From Microcystaceae cyanobacterium (GTDB lineage: Bacteria > Cyanobacteriota > Cyanobacteriia > Cyanobacteriales > Microcystaceae), in NCBI GenBank assembly GCA_041746575.1, contig JBGTGT010000092.1:1-36639 (forward strand): DNA of 36,639 nucleotides, written 5' to 3'. The translations under genes and the position numbers were made by a program. The number at the start of each line of letters is the position of its first letter. Position 1 is the first letter of the stretch. The notes beneath the pieces were generated by a model, which worked only from the letters and a program-made list of their open reading frames with translations, was not told where the DNA came from and did no database searches. Shown here in pieces: positions 1 through 8,381 of the stretch.

Positions 1-1
1 T

Positions 2-109
2 TTAGAAGCTTTTCGTACTGCTATGTCTTTTCGTTTCTTTGATTGGTTAACTCACAATAGGGATGTCTTTGCTAGATACAAAGCTAGTTTAGGCTATGTT
101 TGGGGTTGA
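2..109 (+). mobile_element. 3' end of an IS701-family-like transposase, truncated by the window edge
   Basis: Frame from 2 reads LEAFRTAMSFRFFDWLTHNRDVFARYKASLGYVWG* (TGA 107-109), which resembles the C-terminus of cyanobacterial IS701-type transposases as I recall it. A short putative right end follows (about 110-126, TTTTGTTTAAGTCCCA), then CTAA. Confidence 0.7.
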
Positions 110-126
110 TTTTTGTTTAAGTCCCA

Positions 127-185
127 CTAATCCCAATGAGAATAGACAAAAGGATTGAGATAATTGCTCTCGTCGAACTCACGTT
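127..185 (+). repeat. 59-bp terminal segment of a dispersed IS/MITE-like element, copy 1 (inverted relative to 36500-36558)
   Basis: CTAATCCCAATGAGAATAGACAAAAGGATTGAGATAATTGCTCTCGTCGAACTCACGTT matches the reverse complement of 36500-36558 at 56/59 positions. Confidence 0.9.
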
Positions 186-214
186 TTAAGATGAAGAAAG
201 AACCCTTTGAGCAT

Positions 215-240
215 AAAAAAGGGTGAGAAATATCTCACCC
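215..240 (-). terminator. Rho-independent terminator of chlP
   Basis: 8-bp stem GGGTGAGA/TCTCACCC with a 4-nt loop, followed on the minus strand by T6, about 40 nt after the chlP stop. Confidence 0.85.
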
Positions 241-279
241 ACAACTTCCTAAACAAACTTGACGATTGAAGAATAAACC

Positions 280-1500
280 TTAAGGGGCAAGAGCATGACC
301 CCGCAACAAACTACCGACAGTTTTTGCCGTAATTTTCATCTGTACCAGAGGATTAGCCGGAACAACCGTTTTATAGAGATAACTATCAAAGGTCATCCGT
401 TGTACGTCTTTGTCGGAACACATTTCCACAAAGGCTTCCCGACTGGCATCAGAACGGTAGAAAACTCGTTGTAACATATCTAGCACAAGATAGGTCATGC
501 CATATTGTTTATCCCAACGTTTGATATACCGTTTCAAGTCCGCTTCGCTAGGAACACGCTGACCCTGATTACTGGCTTCCACAATGGTTTCAGCGCACAT
601 TCTAGCGGATTTGGCCGCAAAGTAGATCCCTTCGCCAGAAGACTTGGTGACTGTTCCTGCCGCGTCTCCAACTAAGGCCACTCGGCCGACCACTCGACGA
701 GGACGGGGATGTTCGGGAATGGGATGGGCTTCCACTTTGATAATTTCGCCGCCCACCAGTTTTGCGGCCGCCCGTTGACGGATTCCCGCCTGTAGGTCTT
801 TAATCATCATCTTATTGACCTTCATGGTTCCTGTTCCCACGGCAACATGGTCATATTTGGGGAAAACCCAAGCGTAGAAATCGGGGGAAACATCATTGCC
901 GACATACATTTCGGCGAGATCATTGTAGTAAGCCATACCGGCTTCCGGCAGACGGATACGTTCTTGGAAAGCGATCGCATAGTTATAATCCCCTGCATCA
1001 ATGGCTTTAGCAATCCGAGAATTTGCCCCGTCAGCCCCAATCACCACATCCACCTTAAGGGTTTTCATCACCCCTTTGCTTTCTCCATTGGAATGATCCG
1101 CATAATGGAGCGTGTAAGGATCGGTGTCATTGGTGGGAATATCGAGTTGATAAACCGTTCCATTGATTAAATTTGCACCCGATTTAGCGGCACGCTCCCG
1201 CATAAAACCATCTAGTACTTCTCGACGACACATTCCGATGTATTCATCGTGATTTTCTAAATTAATGTCCACCTCACGGTTAGAAGGGGAAATCATCTTC
1301 ATTTTTCTGACCCGTCGATCAATAATTTCGGGGGGCAGTTCAAATTCGCTAACCATACAGAGGGGAATCGCACCACCGCAGGGTTTAGCATTATCAAGTT
1401 TTCGTTCAAATAGATAGGTTTCAATACCCGCTTTTGCAAGTGTTTCGGCCGCAGATGATCCTGCCGGCCCTGATCCAACCACAGCAACCCTTAATACCAA
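280..1500 (-). CDS. chlP: Geranylgeranyl reductase
   Basis: FAD motif VAVVGSGPAG, KPCGGAIP, GDAAG..SGEGIYFA; TTG start preceded by a GAGGAG RBS. Confidence 0.97.
   Translation of the reverse strand: MVLRVAVVGSGPAGSSAAETLAKAGIETYLFERKLDNAKPCGGAIPLCMVSEFELPPEIIDRRVRKMKMISPSNREVDINLENHDEYIGMCRREVLDGFMRERAAKSGANLINGTVYQLDIPTNDTDPYTLHYADHSNGESKGVMKTLKVDVVIGADGANSRIAKAIDAGDYNYAIAFQERIRLPEAGMAYYNDLAEMYVGNDVSPDFYAWVFPKYDHVAVGTGTMKVNKMMIKDLQAGIRQRAAAKLVGGEIIKVEAHPIPEHPRPRRVVGRVALVGDAAGTVTKSSGEGIYFAAKSARMCAETIVEASNQGQRVPSEADLKRYIKRWDKQYGMTYLVLDMLQRVFYRSDASREAFVEMCSDKDVQRMTFDSYLYKTVVPANPLVQMKITAKTVGSLLRGHALAP
971..978. repeat. HIP1 octamer GCGATCGC (one example; recurs through the window, e.g. 2148-2155)
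   Basis: Exact palindromic octamer that is characteristically over-represented in cyanobacteria. Confidence 0.9.
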
Positions 1501-1621
1501 AGCGTTTCTCCTCAGATTTTTCTAAAAGAAAGCAAGTTACGAATCGCATCGTACCATAGTCTCTGAAGGGGTAGGGTCAAAAAGAAGGAGATTCAACAAA
1601 GTTGAAACAGAGCTTAACATT

Positions 1622-1639
1622 CTTGTAAATTTTCGTTAC
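1622..1639 (-). promoter_or_regulatory. Possible RpaB (HLR1-like) direct-repeat site upstream of chlP
   Basis: Minus strand GTAACGAA-AA-TTTACAAG resembles the HLR1 consensus (G/T)TTACA(T/A)(T/A)-N2-repeat, with mismatches. Confidence 0.35.
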
Positions 1640-1744
1640 ATCACCCGCCGTGGTTGAAAAATGATTAGCAACCTCAGACAAAATCAACTGCACTGTTGAT
1701 CTCATTTAAAGTTGCTAGGAATAGAGCGGGTTTGACACCCTTTA

Positions 1745-1861
1745 TTAACTCGCATCTCTCGAACGAGTGGGCAAAATCTTACGGCTGTAACCGACAAGCA
1801 GTAAAAGTCCGTAGATAACCAAAAGGTAGAAGGCGGCAACGAGTAGAGTGATGATAGGCAT
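1745..1861 (-). CDS. Putative 38-aa single-transmembrane microprotein (not in the ORF track)
   Basis: ATG at 1861 to TAA at 1745: MPIITLLVAAFYLLVIYGLLLLVGYSRKILPTRSRDAS; an uncharged, mostly hydrophobic stretch of about 24 residues followed by a basic tail. Confidence 0.6.
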   Translation of the reverse strand: MPIITLLVAAFYLLVIYGLLLLVGYSRKILPTRSRDAS

Positions 1862-2469
1862 AGGGCAGGTATAATAAGGGCAATAGGGGTGTCCAAAAAA
1901 AGATACTAAAAGGCAGCAGAGTTAAGATTAAAAAATTCCTTCCGACTCGGCTTCAAAAAGTTTATAGAGTGAAATTCAGAGAAAAGCACTAAGTCTTTTC
2001 CTCAAGGGGCTTTATTTCGATGATTTACCAGAGAAAAATCGCTGTCTCAAGCCTATAATCCAAAAAATCAAAGATTTTCTGATTAGACTTCTTTTATCAA
2101 CAGAGGAATCTCTCTTTTGTCAGTAGCTTAACGTTTTTCCGAGGGACGCGATCGCAGGCACTGCTTTCTTCCCTCTTTCCTTTTCAGTAAGTACCGAAAG
2201 GATAGTTTTGAGGTGACTGATTTAAAATTTCAGCCTATGGGAAATTGTTTAAACTCTTGCCTTTAGTCTAGCATAATATTTAGATTTGTCGACATTTAAG
2301 CTCACTTTTTTTGAGTTAATTGACAATGGGATCAAGGAAGTTGGAACAACGGGATAGGGGAATAGGAAGAACAATTCAAGGATACTAGCAAAGAAAAGCC
2401 TGAAAAATAAGCTCAAAAAGCTAAACGGCTGTCAGAAAAACTAGATCATCAAAATTTAAGGAGAATAAA

Positions 2470-3228
2470 ATGAGAATTTTAGCAATAGGTGACATTCATG
2501 GCTGTTCCACGGCGTTAGATACGCTACTGAATTATATTGATTTACGTCCCCAAGATCAACTGATTACGTTAGGGGATTATGTAGATCGAGGAGAGGATAC
2601 AAAAGGGGTGATTGACCGTCTGATTAAAATTCATGAAACAGGACAACTTATCTCTCTCAAAGGCAATCATGAAGCCATGATGTTAGAGGCGCGTCGTCAC
2701 GGTTTTGAAACGTCCTATTGGATACAGTCTTTGGGTAAAAAAACCTTAGCTTCATATACTTCTGCTCTTCATCCACAAATAACAGATATTCCCCAAAGTC
2801 ATTGGGATTTTATCGAAAATCATTGCGTTGATAGCTGGGAAACCGAGCAGTATCTTTTTGTTCATGCCAATCTTGATCCCTGTCTTCCTCTTGATCAACA
2901 ATCTACTTATCGTCTCTTTTGGCAAAAGTTTGAAAACCCGTCTCCTCACTATTCAGGCAAAGTAATGATTTGTGGTCATACCAGTCAAAAAGATGGATTG
3001 CCTCTAAATGTGGGCTATGCGATCTGTATTGATACTTGGGTTTATGGTGAAACGGGATGGTTAACCTGTCTGGACGTACAAAGCGGGCAAATGTGGCAAG
3101 CCAATCAAAAAGGAGCAACTAGAACTACCAATATTGCAGAATTTAGACTTTCTCCTGCGGAATTAGCAACCTTATCTCAAGTGCAAAGAACTTTTCCCCC
3201 TAAAGACAGAATAAACAAGGCAGGATAA
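2470..3228 (+). CDS. Metallophosphoesterase, PPP-family Ser/Thr protein phosphatase
   Basis: GDIHG, GDYVDRG, GNHE, FVHA and GHT motifs; AAGGAGA RBS. Confidence 0.92.
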   Translation: MRILAIGDIHGCSTALDTLLNYIDLRPQDQLITLGDYVDRGEDTKGVIDRLIKIHETGQLISLKGNHEAMMLEARRHGFETSYWIQSLGKKTLASYTSALHPQITDIPQSHWDFIENHCVDSWETEQYLFVHANLDPCLPLDQQSTYRLFWQKFENPSPHYSGKVMICGHTSQKDGLPLNVGYAICIDTWVYGETGWLTCLDVQSGQMWQANQKGATRTTNIAEFRLSPAELATLSQVQRTFPPKDRINKAG

Positions 3229-3303
3229 AGAATAAAAATTTGCCCTGAGCCTGTCTTAAATATTTCCCGAACTTTTACTCATCTTCATCTGTTTTCTGGT
3301 TCT

Positions 3304-5256
3304 TTAGTTAACTTTTAAAACTCTAGTGGCGTTAAGAATGGCTAACAGTGCCACCCCCACATCAGCAAATACCGCTTCCCAAAGAGTTGCTACTCCCAAC
3401 GTTCCTAATAGAATAAATACTCCTTTAATTACTATTGCCAAAATAATATTTTGCCAAACAATTTGATGAGTTCTACGACCGATATTTATGGCTTCGGCTA
3501 CTAAAGATGGGGCATCAGTCATTAGCACCACGTCAGCCGTTTCAATAGCTGCATCAGATCCTAAAGCCCCCATTGCTATACCTACATCGGCTCTGGCAAT
3601 TACAGGTGCGTCATTAATACCGTCTCCTACAAAAGCTACCTTACTTTTTTTATCAGATTTACGAAGATAATGCTCGATCGCTTCTACCTTATCTTCTGGA
3701 AGTAATTCGGCTTTGTACGTATCTAAACTAAGTTTCTTGGCAACGCTTCGCGCTACAACTCGACTATCACCTGTGAGCATCACGGTTTCGGTAACTCCCG
3801 CTTTTTTTAACTGTGAGATCGCTTTAGCTGCATCTTCTTTGATTTTGTCGGAGATTAAAATATAACCAGCATATTTACCGTCTACTGCCAGATGAACTAC
3901 CGTACCTTCGACATTACAGGTATCGTGGTCAATTTTCTCTAGATGTAACAGGCGATCGTTTCCTGCTAAAACTTCCCTTTTATCAACTTGCGCACGGATA
4001 CCATGTCCTGGGATTTCTTTGTAATCGCTAAGATCTGATTCGGCGATCTCGAAGAGATCCGCTACGCGGTGCGCACCATCGTAAGCTTTAACGATTGATC
4101 GCGCTACGGGATGATTAGATTGAGATTCGGCGATCGCTGCTACGGTTAATAATTCCTTTTCGCTATAGCCGTTGTAGGGTGATATTTGAGTAACTTGAAA
4201 TACACCTTCGGTTAAAGTACCAGTTTTATCAAAAATAACCGTTTTGACTGAGCTTAAGGCATCTAAGAAAGTTGAACCTTTAACTAAAATACCTCTTTTT
4301 GCCGCACCGCCAACTCCACCGAAGTAACCGAGGGGAATACTAATAACTAATCCGCAGGGACAGGATATTACTAATAAAATTAAGGCACGATAAACCCACT
4401 GTTCCCTTGTCGCACCAGTAATTAATAAAGGCGGTAATATAGCTACTGCTAGAGATAAGAAAACTACTATAGGGGTATAGCAATGGGCAAAGCGAGTAAT
4501 AAATTGCTCAGTGGGTGCTTTTTTACTACTAGCATTTTCAACTAAGTCGAGAATTTTAGCAATCGAAGATTCGCCAAACAATTTAGTAACTTGAACAGTT
4601 AAACTCGCCGTTTGGTTAATCGCACCTGCTAGGATAGTTTCCCCTTCTCTTACAGTTCGGGGGATAGATTCACCTGTGAGGGCAGAAGTATCTATTTGTG
4701 AATCACCCGATAATATTACTCCATCTAAAGGTACTTTCTCCCCTGGTTTAATTATGACGATATCTCCAACTTCGACTTTTTCTGGGGAAACTTCTCTAAT
4801 TTCACCATCTACTTTGAGATTTGCCTTGTCGGGACGTACTTCTAAGAGTGACTTAATCGAACGTCGCGATCTGCCAACGGCAAAGCTTTGAAACAATTCT
4901 CCTATTTGAAAAAACAGCATCACTGCCACAGCTTCGGGTAATTGATGAATGGCGATCGCCCCTAGGGTAGCAATGGTCATCAAGAAATTTTCATCGAAGA
5001 TTTTACCCCTGAGAATATTACGTCCTGCACTCATTAAAACACTCCAACCACTGATTAAATAGGCAGGAATCAACACTGCAAATTCGGCGATCGCCCAAGG
5101 AGTATCATGTAGAGGCTGATTAAAGATTAACCCAATAACAAATAAAACTATGGCAATACTAAAAGGGATAAGTTCTCGACGTAAATTAAACTCACCGTGG
5201 TTATGGTCATGATTTTCATCTGCGGTACAGCAGTTAGCGGAATGTTGATTTGACAT
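3304..5256 (-). CDS. Heavy-metal (Zn/Cd/Pb) translocating P1B-type ATPase, ZiaA/CadA-like
   Basis: TGES, SCPC, DKTGTLT, HP and GDGINDAP motifs; N-terminal CC plus His-rich segment. Start moved to ATG 5256 because the GTG at 5283 lies inside the operator. Confidence 0.95.
   Translation of the reverse strand: MSNQHSANCCTADENHDHNHGEFNLRRELIPFSIAIVLFVIGLIFNQPLHDTPWAIAEFAVLIPAYLISGWSVLMSAGRNILRGKIFDENFLMTIATLGAIAIHQLPEAVAVMLFFQIGELFQSFAVGRSRRSIKSLLEVRPDKANLKVDGEIREVSPEKVEVGDIVIIKPGEKVPLDGVILSGDSQIDTSALTGESIPRTVREGETILAGAINQTASLTVQVTKLFGESSIAKILDLVENASSKKAPTEQFITRFAHCYTPIVVFLSLAVAILPPLLITGATREQWVYRALILLVISCPCGLVISIPLGYFGGVGGAAKRGILVKGSTFLDALSSVKTVIFDKTGTLTEGVFQVTQISPYNGYSEKELLTVAAIAESQSNHPVARSIVKAYDGAHRVADLFEIAESDLSDYKEIPGHGIRAQVDKREVLAGNDRLLHLEKIDHDTCNVEGTVVHLAVDGKYAGYILISDKIKEDAAKAISQLKKAGVTETVMLTGDSRVVARSVAKKLSLDTYKAELLPEDKVEAIEHYLRKSDKKSKVAFVGDGINDAPVIARADVGIAMGALGSDAAIETADVVLMTDAPSLVAEAINIGRRTHQIVWQNIILAIVIKGVFILLGTLGVATLWEAVFADVGVALLAILNATRVLKVN
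4048..4071. mobile_element. 24-nt small dispersed repeat (SDR-like) inserted in frame into a HIP1 site within the ATPase gene
   Basis: GCGAT[CTCGAAGAGATCCGCTACGCGGTG]CGC: removing the 24 nt restores GCGATCGC and gives YDGAIAES. Two mini-hairpins overlap the insert (GATCTC-GAA-GAGATC and CCGC-TAC-GCGG). Confidence 0.7.
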
Positions 5257-5270
5257 TATCTTGACAATTG

Positions 5271-5296
5271 AAAACTTGAACACTTGTTCAAATGTT
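5271..5296. promoter_or_regulatory. SmtB/ZiaR-type 12-2-12 operator
   Basis: AAAACTTGAACA-CT-TGTTCAAATGTT (10/12 symmetric) with the TGAAC...TTCA core of ArsR/SmtB metal-sensor operators, 15 nt upstream of the ATPase ATG. Confidence 0.85.
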
Positions 5297-5320
5297 AAAC
5301 TAAAAAAAATGGTTCAGCAA
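5292..5320 (-). promoter_or_regulatory. Sigma70-type promoter of the ATPase, overlapping the operator
   Basis: -35 TTGCTG (5315-5320), 17-nt spacer, -10 TAACAT (5292-5297). Confidence 0.55.
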
Positions 5321-5343
5321 CATACAAAAATTTAAAATCGAAT

Positions 5344-5394
5344 TTAAACTTCGTCTAAATGCTCAGCTATCTCCCGATCAAGATTGGCAATATG
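5344..5394 (-). pseudogene. C-terminal remnant of an SmtB/ZiaR (ArsR family) metal-sensing repressor
   Basis: HIANLDREIAEHLDEV* has the alpha5 H-x10-H-x2-E zinc-ligand spacing; no upstream HTH-coding sequence is recognisable. Confidence 0.75.
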
Positions 5395-5647
5395 GACATT
5401 TATTTTATTGGGCGCACAGTGGAAAAGCGAGAACGTCAACAGCATTTCGTTTGTGCGCTGTTTCTACCTTAATGAAGTCTTGTCTCGATGATATTTTTAC
5501 CAATGAAAGGTGAGACACACTTGTTGTAAGCCTCTTGCCCGTTCTCTTGCACCGTAAAACAGCGCAGGATACTCGTCTGCCTCAATCTTTAATCTTTGTC
5601 TTTCCAACCTCACAAATGGCTATAGATGCGTAGTTCTATCTTTACTT

Positions 5648-6529
5648 TTAACTGGCAAATTCAGAATTTACCCAAGAAAAACTAACATAAATGGGAACGT
5701 CTTGGGCATGATTCGTTCTAGAAGTCTGAAAAGGTTCTTTATCTTGATAATTATCTTCTAACAGAATATGAGCTAAGGTCGCTTCTTCTAAGATGGCCTG
5801 ATCTAAGCAGGTATGGGTCAAGTCTGCTCCTTCCAAATTAGCACCTTTTAAGTTGGTATGCGTTAAATTAGACCCTCTCAAGTTAACATTTTGTAACTTT
5901 GCTCCTTCTAAGTTTGCTCCTTTCAAGTTAGCCCCTGTTAAATTGCTATTACCTAGGCGAGAATTTTTAAGATTGATCCCTTCTAAATTAGCGTAACTGA
6001 GATCCACCTCTTTTAAAAATGTCCCACTGAGATCAGCGCAGTGAAAAGAAGCCTCGTGCAGAATAGCGCAACTTAAGCGCGCTTCTTTGAGATTTGCCCA
6101 ATTAAAATTCGCGGCCGCTAAATTCGATTCTCTTAGGTTGGCACGATATAAATTAGCCCCGCAACAATTGGCTTGCCGTAAATCTGTCGCCCGTAAATTG
6201 GCATGGGAGAGATTAGCCCCACTCAATTGTGCTTTAATGAGGGATGCTTGTACCATGAATGCACCACTTAAGTTTGCTTTGGTCAAATCGGCTTCTACCC
6301 AGAGCGTTTGACTCAGTTTGGCAAAGGTCAAATTAGCCCAATTAAGACTGGCTTGACTTAAATTCGATTTGGTCAAAAACGCCCGACTCAGATCAGCCCC
6401 TATTAAATTGGCTTGGCTGAAATCCACCGCAATCAGCATGGCACGGTTGAGATTGCCCCCTTGTAAGTCAGCTTGGGTAAACCGCCTAATTCCCTGCTCA
6501 TATTGTCTAAATAAGTGACTTTCCTTCAT
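5648..6529 (-). CDS. Pentapeptide repeat protein
   Basis: Extensive A(D/N)LxG repeats after a cyanobacterial Y..G.R.F...DL N-terminus. Confidence 0.93.
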   Translation of the reverse strand: MKESHLFRQYEQGIRRFTQADLQGGNLNRAMLIAVDFSQANLIGADLSRAFLTKSNLSQASLNWANLTFAKLSQTLWVEADLTKANLSGAFMVQASLIKAQLSGANLSHANLRATDLRQANCCGANLYRANLRESNLAAANFNWANLKEARLSCAILHEASFHCADLSGTFLKEVDLSYANLEGINLKNSRLGNSNLTGANLKGANLEGAKLQNVNLRGSNLTHTNLKGANLEGADLTHTCLDQAILEEATLAHILLEDNYQDKEPFQTSRTNHAQDVPIYVSFSWVNSEFAS

Positions 6530-6943
6530 GGTATTTTAGACTTCAGTATGGAGAATTGAATGATTCAAGGGGACAGTCTCTGGCGTTAGAGAAACTAACC
6601 ATTCCTTGCCTGTTTCAGATTTTACTCCTAAAGAATTCAGGAATGGGGTACTTTTGTTAAAAAACTTATCTCTTGAGGCAAAAAATCGAGGGATTGAGGG
6701 AAACAGCGGCCGTCTCCTTCCGTAAAAACTTGCATTTTCAATACTGCCTTGGTGAAATTTTCGCGAAAAATCCCTGAGATGATGGCATTCTATAAGTTTC
6801 TCCTTGCTAGGGGAATCAAGAAAGATTAAAGGGGGTCTTTTTAGAAGTCCAAATTCTTGACTCAAAAAGAAGAAAAGACAAATCAATATCATTCGATATA
6901 AGCTGTAAAAGAAGTTCATTTATTGTTATTTCAGTCAACGCCC

Positions 6944-7939
6944 ATGACCACTTCCCTTGAGACAGACCTCAATACCTTACGAGAAACCGCCATTGCAGCG
7001 ATCGCCACCGTTTCTTCTCTAACGGATTTAGAACAACTTCGCATTACTTACTTAGGCAAAAAAGGACAAATTTCTCAGATATTACGGGGAATGGGCAAAC
7101 TCAGTCCAGAAGCGCGACCACAGATTGGTTCTCTCGCTAATGATGTCAAAGAAGTTATTCAAAGTCAACTTGATCAGCAACGACAAACCCTGCAAAACGT
7201 CCAATTAGAAAGCCAACTGCTAAAAGAAACCCTTGATGTTACCATGCCGGGAGTCAGTCGAGCATTAGGACGGATTCACCCATTGAATAGCACAATTGAC
7301 AAAGTATTAGATATTTTTGTCGGTTTGGGTTATACAGTCGCCACCGGGCCTCATATTGAGACAGATTACTACAATTTTGAAGCTTTAAATATTCCTGCCG
7401 ATCATCCCGCCAGAGATATGCAGGATACTTTCTTTTTATCTGATGGGACATTGATGCGAACTCATACGTCTCCCGTCCAGATTCGTTACATGGAGAACCA
7501 TGAACCCCCCATTCGCATTGTTGCCCCTGGTCGAGTTTATCGTCGAGATACCGTGGATGCTACCCATTCGGCGGTATTTCATCAAATAGAGTTATTAGCG
7601 GTAGATAAAGGATTAACTTTCACGGATCTCAAAGGGACGATTAAAGCGTTTTTACGTCAGATGTTCGGTGAAACCTTACCCGTTAAATTCCGTGCCAGTT
7701 ATTTCCCATTTACTGAACCCTCGGCTGAAGTCGATGTGCAATGGAGAGGAAAATGGCTGGAAGTGATGGGATGCGGTATGGTCGATCCTAACGTGTTAAA
7801 AGCAGTAGGTTATGACGCTGAAGTCTATACAGGATTTGCGGCAGGGTTAGGAATTGAACGCTTTGCAATGGTTCTGCATCAAATTGATGATATTCGCCGT
7901 TTGTACAATAGCGATCTGCGATTTTTACGACAATTCTGA
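6944..7939 (+). CDS. pheS: Phenylalanine-tRNA ligase alpha subunit
   Basis: [26 protein letters not shown] and GLGIERFAM motifs; ATG 6944 preferred over TTG 6923. Confidence 0.97.
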   Translation: MTTSLETDLNTLRETAIAAIATVSSLTDLEQLRITYLGKKGQISQILRGMGKLSPEARPQIGSLANDVKEVIQSQLDQQRQTLQNVQLESQLLKETLDVTMPGVSRALGRIHPLNSTIDKVLDIFVGLGYTVATGPHIETDYYNFEALNIPADHPARDMQDTFFLSDGTLMRTHTSPVQIRYMENHEPPIRIVAPGRVYRRDTVDATHSAVFHQIELLAVDKGLTFTDLKGTIKAFLRQMFGETLPVKFRASYFPFTEPSAEVDVQWRGKWLEVMGCGMVDPNVLKAVGYDAEVYTGFAAGLGIERFAMVLHQIDDIRRLYNSDLRFLRQF

Positions 7940-7987
7940 ATCGGACTGCTAAAAGATTAATTTGATTATTATTTATATATAGAGGTG

Positions 7988-8012
7988 GGGTGGCAACGGC
8001 TCACCCTTTATT
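7988..8012 (+). terminator. Probable weak terminator after pheS
   Basis: GGGTGGC-AACG-GCTCACCC bulged stem followed by TTTATT. Confidence 0.45.
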
Positions 8013-8381
8013 TATGGGCAGAGGTAGATTAAGTAAGTTTACATAAATAAACCTAGCAATATGAAGAAGTATCAAGATTGCTCAATTAATGCTGTACTTT
8101 TTCTCAATCTCCGCAGTCGACGTTACTTTTGACTCATGACTTAACAGGCCGGTTAATTTTCTTAACATTGCTTTTCAAAACGTTTTAATATTTAGCCATC
8201 AAGTTAATTTTTATATTAAAAAGTAAAAAAAATTGCTATTTTACTAAGTTTTTCTATTAAAAATATTGACTTTTTTTGCAATAAAATTCTACTAAATTTC
8301 TTAATTTTTGAGACAATTACTGTCAAGAATTTCTTGATAAAATGAGCGTGTCAAGAAAGCTTTTAGTAAATAGGTGCAACG

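Noticed and set aside
822..1487. Short overlapping or antisense ORFs inside chlP, and similar ones inside pheS, the SSS gene, secD/F and psbB
   Set aside because: Fully nested in conserved genes with no motifs; expected by chance.
1625..1639. GTA…TAC upstream of chlP as an NtcA site
   Set aside because: The spacer is 9 nt rather than the required 8.
1702..1896. 64-aa minus-strand ORF in the track
   Set aside because: TTG start and no recognisable features; the overlapping 38-aa ATG frame is more plausible.
1930..1960. GTCGGAAGGAA on the minus strand resembling the SRP RNA loop
   Set aside because: Lacks the flanking CAGG/AGCAG motif and the long SRP stem.
5454..5566. Retron msr-msd call
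   Set aside because: The would-be msr is only about 22 nt with no hairpins and there is no reverse transcriptase in the window; kept only as an unexplained structure.
6536..6919. 127-aa ORF between the pentapeptide gene and pheS
   Set aside because: Fills the divergent promoter region, and its Phe/Lys/Leu bias is typical of AT-rich non-coding DNA.
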